This document shows, piece by piece, positions 23,564-35,906 of a DNA stretch of 64,000 nt; the stretch's first letter is position 1; every line of letters starts with the position of its first letter. The notes under the pieces were generated by a model that saw nothing but the letters and a program-made list of their open reading frames with translations, was not told where the DNA came from and did no database searches. The stretch comes from Patellaria atrata CBS 101060 (Eukaryota), in the NCBI GenBank assembly GCA_010093705.1, contig MU006092.1:1516111-1580110 (forward strand), read 5' to 3'. The position numbers were made by a program, and so were the translations under genes.

Positions 23564-25271
23564 TCACTTTTTCTCGTCTCCCTTGCTGCTAAAATAACCC
23601 AGGAAACCGCTCTTCATGCTCTTAACCTGCTCCTCGTGTGCCTTCTTCTCTTCTTCCTCCATTTCCTTGAGCCATTTAGCACCGTTCTCTCTAATGTCTC
23701 TCTCCATGGCTTCATATGCTTTCTGACCCCTTTCTCTAATTTGATCTGATAACATCTTCCCTTGTTCATATGCTTCCGCCGGACTTTGCTCTCCCGGAGG
23801 TATGATCAGATTCTGCCCCGGTTTCATTCCCAATGCAGAGGCAAGGAAGCCCATTCCAGATCGCTTTGGGCGCTTCGCTCTTTCTTCAGCTAATTGTTTG
23901 TTGAATTGTTCGCGGGCGATTGCTTCACGTCGTGCAAACTCTGTAGGTATATGTTTCCCTTCAAATGACTTGATGACTGGTCGAACGTCAGGCACACCCA
24001 TAGAAGCAATATGCTCGAGGAACGGGATTAAGCCAACTAGGTCGCGATCGCCTGGTTGACCTTTCCATGGCGGGAGTATGATGGAATTTTCCGGTTGCAT
24101 TTTTGCATGCTCGGCCTTCGTGTCGATGAGGATGACTTTGGAGAGATCGCGGTTGAGGTAGGAGAGATCCTGGATATGTATTAATACAGAGGCCATAGAT
24201 AGAACTAAAAAATCATACCTTAATATATTCGCCCTTCTCGTAACGAGTAGCTTCACGGAAAAGAGGCCACATGATAATATGGAAAGGGTCAAGTTTCCGA
24301 ATTATAGGATCCGCGATACCCATTGGTTGGCTTGTGAATATAACCAACTCAAAGTATTGGCTCAGATACCGGACAAAGTAATCCATACCAGGGCGTTTTG
24401 CGGTTCTCCAGCCGTGTTCCCGCGTCCACTCACTATGAATAAGGAGATCCTCCAGTGACATCACTAATGTGTATGGGGGGGCAGGGTCCATGTCTGGGAG
24501 TAGTTTGTTAAATGTAGGTTCGGTGTAATATCCCATTTGATTTGATACCCTAGCTTTGATACGTCCGTAAAAATGCGACCAGTTCCAGCCAGATGGACAA
24601 TCGGGGTGTGCCTTCTCTTCTTCTTCGGATTCCCAATCGCGTCCAAGGTATACAACACCAGTTCCGCCCAATAGAAAGAACGCGATGAACATGTAGTTCA
24701 TCATCTGACTTCGACGCCTATCAAGAGAGGTCTCATAGGCCGATTTTGGAAGGTCACCGCCGTCCCTCGCCCCACCACCGTACGATGTTTGGGACTGATC
24801 TTCGGTGATATTCAACTCATGTGAAGGCGTAGTATCTGGGGTAGCTTTCGCCTTTATGAACTCGGCTTCGAACGTAGATGGGATACCCTGCCTAAGGTCT
24901 GGTAACGGACCCGTCGCGGTTGATGGCTTTTCCGGAGTTTGGTTCGGGGACGAGTTCTCATTGGGTATGTTGTTCCTTTCTGGAGCAGCTTTCCTATCTA
25001 TTTCGGGTTGTTCTGGTTTGTAGTCTGTCTTAGGGGTTGGTTCTTGACTGCTCCGTCCAGCCGCAAATCTTATGGGGTCGGATCGCTTCCATGTTTGATC
25101 TTTAGATGCTGAATCCGATCTTGGGGTTGAGTTAGAAAACTTTTCATTTGATCTTGAAGGTTTCTTTGGGGGTCTGTTGGCTGCGTAGGATCGTGTGACG
25201 GCAGGTATCGAAGCTCGAGGGAGGGAGGTCGTACGCGCAAAAGCTGCCCTCCCGGCAACCCGGGAAAGCAT
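23564..25271 (-). CDS. TIM50: Mitochondrial inner-membrane translocase subunit Tim50 (intron 24218-24170)
   Basis: Arg-rich presequence, single TM segment and FCP1-like domain (LEDLLIHSEWTREHGWRTAKRPG...YIKDLSYLNRDLSKVILIDT). Confidence 0.96.
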
Positions 25272-25626
25272 GGTATAGGAATATAAGTATAAAACAGAAA
25301 TAAAAGTATAGAATTAGGTAGTACCTCTCGAGCAAGTTAATGCGCGTGAGGGTGATGATATCAATGGAGCGATTGTCGAATAGAAATGCTCCTAATGAAA
25401 ATGTCGAAGTGACGAAGGATGGAAGTCTTCCGATGATTTACCGGCGTGGGATGATAGAGGCCAGAAAGCAGATACTCCAGTAGACAAGAATATCTATAGG
25501 ATATTCTACATATCCGAGTGCCTAGAACATGACGTGAACAATTTCTCTTCATTCAATTTACGTGCTTCCAAGTTTCCACTGTCTCATTTGCTTTCTCATG
25601 CCTTTCCACGTCTCCTTCACCCGGGA

Positions 25627-28600
25627 ATGCTACGGAATAATCGGCCGTTGAAATGCGACGGTCTCAGCAACCAAGTGGGCGTATCCCACTTTATCTGGTC
25701 ATTTTGGTCACTTCTGCTATTCTTGGTGACGCTCGCACATTGCATGACAGATGAAGGAGTTGGAAATTTAAGGTTTGTGAAAAGATATCACCTAACATCA
25801 TGCGAACAGCCCAGCCGTCTAACATGACCTCAGACAGGAAACACGGAACATCTTCTATCATGGATTCGATAATTATATGGAACACGCTTTCCCCGCCGAT
25901 GAGCTTCGTCCGGTGACTTGCGGACCTTTGACACGGGATCGTGCGAATCCTGCACATATCGAGCTTAACGATGTCCTTGGGAACTACTCTCTGACACTAG
26001 TAGACAGTCTCTCCACGCTTGCTATATTGGCATCTTCGCCTCCGGAGAAGACAGACGGTCGTAACCCCTTAAAGGACTTTCAAGATGGGATCGCTGCGCT
26101 AGTACAGTTATACGGTGATGGAAGAGACGGCCCCTCAGGACAAGGCTTACGAGCTCGTGGATTTGACCTCGATAGCAAAGTACAGTTATTTGAAACAAAC
26201 ATTCGCGGGCTTGGTGGCTTGTTGAGTGCGCATCTTTTTGCAACCGGCGAACTACCCATTACAGGGTATGATTCAAAGGTTCAGACTAAAAGAGGCCGGA
26301 CAGGCATTTTCTGGCCGAATGGCTTTGTTTACGATGGCCAACTTCTACGTCTAGCTTTAGACTTGGGCAAGCGACTTCTACCCGCGTTCAATACCCCAAC
26401 AGGAATACCATATCCACGTATCAATCTCCGTTATGGTATTCCCTTCTATGCCACCTCTTCAGTCAGCACTGATCAAGAGCACGGTCAATGTTTGAATACT
26501 CCTGATCCATCAACCGGAAACCCCGAAATCACCGAGACTTGTAGTGCCGGTGCAGGGAGCTTGATCCTAGAGTTCGCCACACTCAGCAGGCTAACCGGAG
26601 ATCCTCAGTTTGAGAATGTGGCTAAAAGGGCATTCTGGGCTATCTGGGAGAGAAGAAGTATGCATGGGCTTATCGGTGCTGATATTGATTCAGAAACCGG
26701 TCAATGGATCGGCCCGTATACGGGTGTCGGCGCCGGTATTGATAGTTTCTTCGAATACGCTTTCAAATCACACATTCTACTCTCTGGATTACCTTACAAT
26801 AGTGGGACGCGAGACGACAACGATCCTGATGCTTTTCTTTCAGTATGGAAGGACGCTCACGCAGCTATTCACCGACATGTCTATCGTGGCGCTGCATTCG
26901 GCCATCCCCATTACATTCAAGTTGATTTGTATACTGGCGCAACCAGAGCTCATTGGATAGACAGTCTCAGCGCCTACTTTCCAGGCTTATTGACGCTTGC
27001 AGGAGAACTGGAGGAAGCAATTGAAACACACCTCCTCTACGCGGCCTTATGGACGCGATATTCTGCTCTTCCGGAAAGATGGTCAACCGCCACTGGTACC
27101 ATTGAGCATGGACTTCGTTGGTGGGGTGGAAGACCTGAGTTTGTTGAATCGACATGGTACATATACCGCGCAACAAATGATCCCTACTATTTGCATATCG
27201 GTGAGATGGTACTACGAGATATTAAACGCAGGTGTTGGACTGCCTGTGGCTGGGCTGGCCTTCAGGATGTTCAATCTGGTGAAAAAACTGATCGTATGGA
27301 AAGCTTCTTTTTAGGGGAAACCGCCAAGTACTTACACTTACTATTCGACCCAACCCATCCTTTGAACAAGTTGGACGCTCCATTCGTCATGACAACTGAA
27401 GGGCATCCGCTTATTATTCCAAAATACTTCCGAAATCCAGAAGTGTCAACCATCTCAAATATGACTCGTGTAAGTCGGAAACGACGTACTAAGGTTTATG
27501 AGAAAGTTTGTCCTGTACCTCCACCTACAGTTCCATTTACCGTCTCTGCTACCGCTGCCAGACAGGACATCTTCCACGCTGCAAATTTAGTTAGGCTTTA
27601 CAAAACACCTAAATCTATAGACGTCGAAGGTCCTTTGGTTGACTTTACTAGTCAACATCCGAGTATAACTGCAGCTGACCTAAGCTCTCCATCTAACTAT
27701 ACATACTATCCTTGGACGCTCCCTCTCAATCTTGTCCCCCAAAATGCGACAAGTGCTAAACTAGCCCTTAGGACCACATTGGATGTTTCTTTTCCCTCAC
27801 AAACGGATGGACCTCTTAATATCGGCGGAGTACAACGTCTAACAAATGGTATTCTCGTCAATTCTATGAATGGTCTCCGTTTGGGGATGATACTGGAACC
27901 TGACAGTATCAAAGCTACTGGTGAAATTGCCTTGAATCAATTTTTCCGAATACATTCCGTTTCCAATGTCCCCTTAGGGAGGGACGAAAAGGTATTTCTA
28001 GAAAGAGAATCAGTTGCAGATTTCAACCCACTAGATCCTTACTTCACCCGAGTCAGGGACATGCAATCTTTGGACATAGTACTCGATATGGAACCCAATA
28101 TTTTATCTTCTATACCTACTTCAGCAAAGAAAGCCGTCGAAGACCTTCTATCATCTGTCAATGGTAGCACTCTATCGTTGGACCTCGATGATCTCTCATT
28201 CGTGGGTGAAGGTGGTGAGGATGGAACTCGATCGATGTTTGACTCTCTCCTTACGAAGATTCAGAACATCCTTTCTACCGATTCCGTCTTTGTGCGGGAT
28301 TCCAATATTCTAGCGGACAATTCCGCAGGCCACGGGCTCTCCTTTGAGCGGACACATATGGAAGCTTCATTGCCCGCTGGCCCTGGGGCCGCTCCAATAC
28401 CTGACATTGACGAGGAGCCTACTCTCACTAGAACATCATCATCGTCTGAAAAAATGGAGAATTCTGATCTCCCATGGGACAAGATATATGTGACTCATGA
28501 TCATCTGTGTGGGCCGACGCTTCCAGCTCACATCCCACGGGAAAACCAGATTCTTGTTATCACACGGGGCAGTTGCTCTTTTTCCGAAAAACTTCAGAAT

Positions 28601-28879
28601 ATTCCATCATATCCTCCATCATCATCCTCTCTCCAGCTTGTTATCGTCGTCTCATATGATGTGGATGAGGATGGTGACCCTAGACTCATCCAGCCATTGT
28701 TAGATAAACAGCAAACCCTTACGAGCGGGCTGGCCAGACAGAATCCAATTCCACTCGTCATGGTTGGTGGAGGTGATAAAACTATGGACCTTCTGAAGCG
28801 AACAAAGGGCTTGGGTATCAGAAGAAGATGGAGCGTTTTGAGTCAAGGAGTCAAGATTGGGAACTTAATTGTTCTTTGA
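25627..28879 (+). CDS. MNL1: EDEM/Htm1-like GH47 alpha-1,2-mannosidase with C-terminal PA-like domain (intron 25773-25833)
   Basis: The signal-anchor exon splices in frame to FYHGFDNYMEHAFPADEL. GH47 motifs FETNIRGLGGLLSAH, GAGIDSFFEY, RPEFVES, DRMESFFLGET and TTEGHP; PA-like RGSCSFSEKL. Confidence 0.93.
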
Positions 28880-29089
28880 ACCTTAATGCTGGGGTATATA
28901 TTACTCCTGAATACAAGGAATCCTAAATCACTCCACACTGTCACACTATCTATCCGATTCCGATTCAGGGGATGCTCTCGATTAAAACTTGAAGCGAGGC
29001 CCATCTTTACCGAAAGAAATTCATTATATGCTCGATATATTCTAACCGCGAAAGTAGAGAACTTCAATCGTAACAGGCTATTTAATAAT

Positions 29090-29684
29090 CTAAGCGGCAT
29101 CCAAAGCAGCTTTCGCCGCCTTCCAGTACTCCATGCGACCCTCATCCATAGTAGTACCGATACACTTGACGGTATAATCATTGAATCCCGCCTCCGTACC
29201 AGCCTGCAGTCCAGTGCGAATATCAGCATCACACTGGGTAGTAAAAAACCACATCGCGCTCCCAAACGAATACTTATCCTTCGTATTCACCAACTCGAGT
29301 ACCGCATCCGGGCCTTTCGTCCTCGCCGCAGCAACCTCATCAGGATACAGCTCGGTGGCATACTTCTCATTAGAATCGGGGCTCTGTATGTTACGCTTAC
29401 CCTGACCCAGACCGCCGGACTCCGGAAAGTGGTTGTGGTTGTATGCGAGGTCGCCGCTTTCCAAGGTAATGAGGGACAGTATCGCGGATTGTTCGGGTAG
29501 AGCGGTGATCTCATATTTGGCGAAGGCGGTGATGATAGGCGCTACGGCTTGGATATTCTTTGGTAAATTTTGCGGCTGCACAGGAGGAGGATTTGGGTGC
29601 AATTTTTAGGAGGGCCGCTTCTTGAGCGGCGTTGGCAGCGACGAGACCGGTGAATAGGAGGGAGGAAAGGGCTATGAGCTTCAT
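29090..29684 (-). pseudogene. Secreted protein of a conserved fungal family (possibly lysozyme/GH19-like), frameshifted near 29550
   Basis: The signal peptide frame (MKLIALSSLL...KIAPKSSSC) and the conserved body (LESGDL.YNHNHFP..GQG.RNIQ...SFGSAMWFFTTQC) are in different frames with no GT-AG intron between them. Confidence 0.6.
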
Positions 29685-30158
29685 GTTTATGGGGAATACG
29701 TCAGGTTTGGGGGTATCGTTTTGTATGATACGGTTCAGCAAAGGTATTTATGTGTTTTTAGCGTTACGCTTTCACTGCGAGAAATGAAAATATTTTGGGA
29801 AGATTTGGATACGGTGTTTGATGGGAGTTTGTGGTTATTCAACTAAGAATCCACTTCGGATAATTAGAGCAAAAGAGAGGTATGTCATTCACAAAAAACA
29901 TAGGAACATTATGACTGCTCTTTGTTCTAGTCAGGATCTATTGATGCAACGCCCTTTCTCGACAAAGACACCTGTTCAACAACAAAGAAGGAGCCTCTGT
30001 CAAAGACAGTATACAGCTGGGTTTGACGTAAACCAAGTGCTCCGAAGTAATTCTTTCTCCCTTTTCCGTAATCCGCCCCAAACTTTCAATAACTTCCAAC
30101 TCATTGCTTCCCAATGCTTTCATCCTAATACAAAGCTCCCCTCCTCAAATTCTCTTCT

Positions 30159-30554
30159 TCAAACAGGAGCCCCCTCCGTAGGCGGCACACCGACCGTCTG
30201 TTTCCCTTGCAAAGCGTAGCAACCTCCCTGTCTGCACTCACACGCCGAGATCTCCGGGAAACCGCAGACACTGACGTAGCCGGGGCCCGGGCAGGCGTCC
30301 TTTGGAGTGAATTGCGCTTTCGCGTTCGCACACACGGGATAGTAGCCGCAGCAGTTGCCTCGGTTGATGATAGCGCAGTCGCTGCTCACGGTGCAGGTAT
30401 AACGGGCATCGATGGGTCTGAGAGGAGGTTAGTGGGGAGTGGAGAGTAGGAGGATGCAACGGGGGAAGGCTTACGTTGAAGTTGGAGCTGCTGGGAGGGG
30501 ATTTGCGGAGATTGTGGCCGCGAGGAGAGCCAGTATTATTACGGAGAACTGCAT
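30159..30554 (-). CDS. Small secreted cysteine-rich protein (about 112 aa, 10 Cys; intron 30474-30418)
   Basis: Signal peptide MQFSVIILALLAATISA. The intron GTAAGC...ACTAAC...CAG splices in frame to PIDARYTCTVSSDCAIINRGNCCGYYPVC...SVCGFPEISACECRQGGC. Confidence 0.88.
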
Positions 30555-33500
30555 GATGGAGTTTGGTGGTTATATTTTCTGATTCGAGTTATTTGGTGTT
30601 GCGAAATGAAGAATAGGAATGTTGGGGCTGGAGTGTTCAGTAAGAGCTACTTTTATAGTTTTTCACTGTACCACAATCAGCGTTTTTTGTGCCACTTGAA
30701 GAGAGACAAAATCAGTTCAAGCTGAACAAGCAGAACAGTAAATTACTACTGAGGTATATATACCACAATAGGTAAAACATACATATGTCGTCTCGGACGT
30801 TTCTATGATCCATATGCTAAGATGTGGTTGCTCGGTTACCATAGCTCTTTGGCGTGTCGTAGTAATTAACCATCTATTCGGCTGCAATTTACGCAACCTT
30901 GTCTTATTAATTAAATCCTCCGTGAGCCTATTTATCCCTCGTGTTCATCATTATCAAAACCTTTTTTTAGTAGTTCAAGATTCGACTTAGGAATTTTAGC
31001 AGCGCACCGGTAGCCAGGAATTTTCGCTCGGTTGCTTGCGGATTTGCGTATAGTGCCGACCCAGATAGCTCAGAACCCGTAAATTTATATTGTAGAGCTA
31101 CATTGGGAAGAGGAGGCATTCGTAGCTTAGTTCTAGACTTTTCTGAGATACCCTTAGCATTTATACTCAGAGGGTATTTAGAGATTGGTTTTTCTTTGCA
31201 TCCTACCTTAGGCTCGTGTCCGCATAGTTCCTTCCACGCCCAAGTCTATATTAAAGCAAGTGAAGGCGATTAGGCGAAGTCGACAAGACACGGCAATAGT
31301 GATTCAGTGAAGAGCCTATTCATAAGCTTCGATCTTTTCCGCACTCCGATACTTAAAGGCCCCAAACTTCATAAAATCATAGCATTACTGGGTTGGGAAA
31401 GAATGACTTCAAGTAGTTCTACGGGATGCGTTTCCGGCGATGATTCTATGAATATTTCCCAGTACGGACTGAAAGCAAGGTTGGCCTAGCTTTGGCTTCC
31501 AGAAAGAACAGTATACTGATTTGGAGTCCTGTAGTGATTGACTAAGCTAGCTTTTGATCCGCATGTGATTCGCTACAGATGCTAAAAGAAGACATGTTAG
31601 GGATCTAAGAGCAGGTCAACATATCGGTGAGAGACGCCGTTCATAGGCGAATCGAACAAACTTCGGAAGACCTACTCAATGGAGCAAACTTATTGATTTT
31701 ATAGATATTATTTTCCTTACTACGGTGCTTTCAGTTTATTTTCGGTCATGTGTATCATCCATGACTTTTAATCGAGTGATATCTGACGGATACATCTTGT
31801 GATGGAGCATGCATACAGGAAACACCTAGCGGCACGAGCTTGACTTAGACATAGGAAAAGCTCCTCGGGTGTACGGTATCTATTAAACGGACGTTAACTG
31901 GATCATTCAAGCTACTAGAGCTGATATAAGCAGTACGTATCGATTTGGGGGCGATAAATACTTTTACAGCTCTCGGGTCGCATGGACTGTTTTGCCGGAA
32001 TTGATTTGGTCCAACTGATAGTTCCTGAGTATGATGTGCGTCGTACAAATGTTGATTTATTGATACCATAAGCTAGCATGACTTGAATTTCCCTCGACCC
32101 GAGTGTTCGAAATAGCGGTCTTTTAGATACATGGCCTGAAGTGGTGTTTCGGACAGATAATCTCAGACAATCAGATTTACGACTGCTGCTATTGGTTGTC
32201 ATGGAAACTCTAGACGTTATCAATTAGACGCTGTTGTAGGTGATATGTCTCTGATGCTCGCAATGTGTTGACATCCTAACGTCTTAGCGGATGTTCGTAC
32301 TTATACGTTATACAATTATATGATGTTCAGAAGGAAAGTGCAGAATCCATTACGATTACTTTATAATTTTGGTTCGTTCCCGTTATATTCGTCTTAAGGC
32401 ACTTGGTGAAGCTTGTATTTCGTCAGAGCATCTCTATTCAAAAATGATCGCCATGATGGGGAGAATTTGGGGACCTGAGAAGTTTTGAACTCAACAAGCA
32501 CAAATGACATGACAGAGATCGCGGTATACCGGCGTAGTAAATGGTTACTGAAGTGAGACGTAATTTTCCTGAAGCTTTCTATAAGCTATCAGGTGTACGA
32601 AAATCGCTGTTTTGCGGTCACCAGCCTCATGGAGCATGGTAGAAGCCGTTGAATTTATTTCTTAACTGTAAGGATTACCCTCATTGTCCATCACTATTAT
32701 AAGATGGATAATGAACTCAAAGGTATATACAACGATGATTGAAACTGAGCGGAACTAGAGTTATTTGGTGCTTATAGGCCTTCTGGAAATGAACGAATAG
32801 AACTATTCGAAGTCGGACTTGTGTGGGATTTGCAATCATATTCCTTACGGTTGCTCTAAGTGCACTCAACCTATCTCATATAGAAGATAGATTTGCTTAT
32901 CAAGCCAGGATCTGCTTAAGTAGTTCTATTGAATTTAAGCTCAGACTTCCACACTAGAAAAGGAAACTTACATTATCTCAAACCATTCGCCCAATAATCA
33001 CTCCTTAAATTTGGTGTGCAGTATCCAAGTGATGTGAATCTCTTGATGTCCGTAAAGAGCAACGGAATGAAAAGAGAGTTTGTGCATCTTCCACGATTCT
33101 GGATATCTGTCAGGCTGGCACGGTGGTTTTTGCATGGGTTGGCGTTCAAAATAGCTGAATTGGTGAGTGATCGACATGATGGCGCTGCGATTTGCCAGCT
33201 GCATGTCCGGGGCAGGCGAATACCCAAATTTTGACCTACCGATATGAGCTGTATAACAACTTTACGATTGGTAGATATGATTATGTTCCGCACTCAAACT
33301 CGCATGCTCCAGATCTGCCTGATATGAAGAACCATCCGTCTGAAGCAGCTGGGAGGGCGGCCAAGGTGAAAATATGTGACCGTGGCTGCGGTTGAGGTCC
33401 GCCACTTAAATAACATTGGGTGTATCTGGCGCTTCTGTACTGGAGAGGTATGCTATATCCACCATTTCACCCAGTTGGCTTAAGAACTATTTCTGTATAA

Positions 33501-33585
33501 GCTCTGTGTGAGGCCCATCGTACACTCGACCGTTTCTTTCTTCAATATCGCCTTTCGGCGCCGTTCTTAGTTTCATCATTCCGAC

Positions 33586-34752
33586 ATGAACTTCCTACCT
33601 CGAATTCTCCGTCCTCAAAAAGAACCAGGAATGTCAGTCGAAGATGGACTCAGTGACGCGACCTTCTTCCAAGGCCCCGGTGGAAGGCGAGCGACACTCA
33701 TTCCAGCGGACGACAAATTAACAACATTTCGTTTAATGGTTGGAATTCAGTCCACGAGTTCTTTGGGTGGTGTTGCTGGTCCGTTTGAATTTGCTGGACG
33801 CTCCGCTCCGAACATCGGAATATACAACCGAGTTGTACAGAGAGAGAGAAAATCCAAGCAAGGATATAAATTCGCCTCCCTCCTCATTAATGGGTGTCTT
33901 GGGCTTCAAATAGTCGTTGCCGCTTCGCTGACCGCAATGGGCGCTGCAAACTCAGACAGCAAAGCCGTCACGGCTTTCGGAGCTATTAATACTATAATAG
34001 CGGGTATGCTGACATATCTAAAAGGGTCTGGTTTGCCGAATCGGCTACGATATTATGAGAACGAGTGGAAAAAAATTCGCGAATACATTGAACAGCGAGA
34101 AAGGGAATTTACCCGGCCGGACTGCGATCTAGATGTTCTCCAAACTGTTGAAACCATCGAGAATATGTACGAGGAAGTGAAAGCAGATATACAAACAAAT
34201 ACTCCGGACAATTTCGTCAGCGTAGGTGATGTGAGAAATCGAAAATCACCGACGCACCCAGCACCGAGACTATCCTCAGTTAGAGGGTTTGGGGATAAAC
34301 ATAAAGATCTCGACTCAAGATACGGTGGTACAGCAAGACATTTCATTGCGGACATTGGAGATAAGGTAAAACATATGGGAGCCTTAGAGAAAGACGTAGA
34401 GAAAGAATTAGAGTCAGGACGAGCTAAGGCTGTGAATGTCGGGAAAGACTTTGAAAAGGAATTAGAGGAACGTCGGTCAAGACTATCGAACGTAGGCCTT
34501 GAAATAGACAAGGAACTAAAAGTTCATGGCCAGAGAGTAGAGGACATTGGAAAAGAAGCCGAGCGACAGGGGGGGAAACTAGAAGAGGCCGCAAGAGAAG
34601 TCAAAGAATTTGCGCAAAGAAGAATGGGTCACCTTATCGGCCAAATGACTGACTTGCGATCTCCTGCTATAACCATCAATCTCGCACCTAATGAACAACC
34701 ACCGGTTGATGAATCGAAGAAAAAACATGACAGCTCTCCACACTCACTATAG
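33586..34752 (+). CDS. SLATT_fungal (SMODS/SLOG-associating 2TM effector) domain protein with charged helical C-terminal repeats
   Basis: Single 388-aa ORF. The two-TM block LQIVVAASLTAMGA...VTAFGAINTIIAGMLTYLKGSGLPNR...IREYIEQRER matches the fungal SLATT pattern as I recall it. Confidence 0.8.
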   Translation: MNFLPRILRPQKEPGMSVEDGLSDATFFQGPGGRRATLIPADDKLTTFRLMVGIQSTSSLGGVAGPFEFAGRSAPNIGIYNRVVQRERKSKQGYKFASLLINGCLGLQIVVAASLTAMGAANSDSKAVTAFGAINTIIAGMLTYLKGSGLPNRLRYYENEWKKIREYIEQREREFTRPDCDLDVLQTVETIENMYEEVKADIQTNTPDNFVSVGDVRNRKSPTHPAPRLSSVRGFGDKHKDLDSRYGGTARHFIADIGDKVKHMGALEKDVEKELESGRAKAVNVGKDFEKELEERRSRLSNVGLEIDKELKVHGQRVEDIGKEAERQGGKLEEAAREVKEFAQRRMGHLIGQMTDLRSPAITINLAPNEQPPVDESKKKHDSSPHSL

Positions 34753-35394
34753 TACATATAGTTCACATATTCATCCTTCTGTGGACAAGTATGTTTTTTA
34801 GTTTCGAAAAGGCGTTGATAGCATGATGTATTGGGCTTAATATGTCTTTTCTGCCTGTCGTCTTTGTTTGATCCGAAGGAGTGAAAGGTCGCCATACGGG
34901 GGAAAGGGGCTGGAGTTGAAAAGAAGGTTTTAGATACTTTGAAAATATTCAGTAATAGGCTCCTCCGAACGGTTGGCTTGTTTGAATGTTTGATTTATGA
35001 GCGGAATAATCTGAGAAGATCAGTTAAACATTGGAGATGCCTCTTTGATGCTGAAATAGAACTATTGGACTCGGGCTAACCATATGTCTAGTTCTCTTCC
35101 GTGCCACGTACTTTATATGGCAGAATTATTTTGTGCTTGCGTTGAAAACTGGGGTATGAAGGATGAGATATCAAGTTTTACCGGTGAATCAATTGCCACG
35201 GGTATCTAATAGAGAGACTGTAATAAGACTAGCGTAGCTCCTCTGGTCACATGAGCGCGGCAACCACACCTCTCGCCAGGTCTTTGGACCCACCCAAACG
35301 CGAGAGTGTACTGACTATAAATTCTACTCCCAACATTGAGCTCAAATTCCCATTCAACCTCTACCTTACCGATTCTTTACCGGAGGATTCAACC

Positions 35395-35692
35395 ATGTCC
35401 TCTACTGCAAGCACCGACTCCACTTGCGGTTCCTGCAATAAACCTCAAGGTGAACTTGCAAACGCTCTCAAGCCATGCGCCAAATGCAAGAAGGAGTGTT
35501 ACTGCTCCCGTGAATGCCAAAAGGCTGATTGGGAATCGTCATAAACCCTCCTTTGGTCACTATAGCTCTTCTCAATCCTCATCCACTGCGAATCCGTCAA
35601 ACACCGGGACTTCGAATCAAAGGTATGGATACTTCAGTCATGTGAATGAAATCATCCTAATCAAAGGAGCTCATAGCTCCTACATCAGGTGA
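35395..35692 (+). pseudogene. MYND zinc-finger gene fragment, frameshifted
   Basis: CGSC...CAKCKKECYCSRECQKADW is a MYND finger. The expected W..HK..C end lies in another frame (TGG G AAT CGT CAT AAA), so there is a +1 shift at about 35532, and the last Cys is absent. Confidence 0.65.
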
Positions 35693-35906
35693 ATTGACGC
35701 GTGATGAATCTAAATGCTCTGTTCCAGAATTCTACAACCAATTCCTGTCAGTCCCCGAATTACTGAAAAGTCTGTTTATAGTCTCTACTACAATACGTAT
35801 TAGTCTATGTCTAGAGTATTGTTTAAAGATCAGTGCGAACCGTTTATGTAAAACTAGGAGTAGAAAATAGCCAATGGGGGTGCACGCTGGATTTGAAGCA
35901 TTCGAT

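Noticed and set aside
31800..33300. Possible decayed F-box-like gene on the minus strand (DIQN...PLLFTDI)
   Set aside because: Resemblance too weak and frames fragmented.
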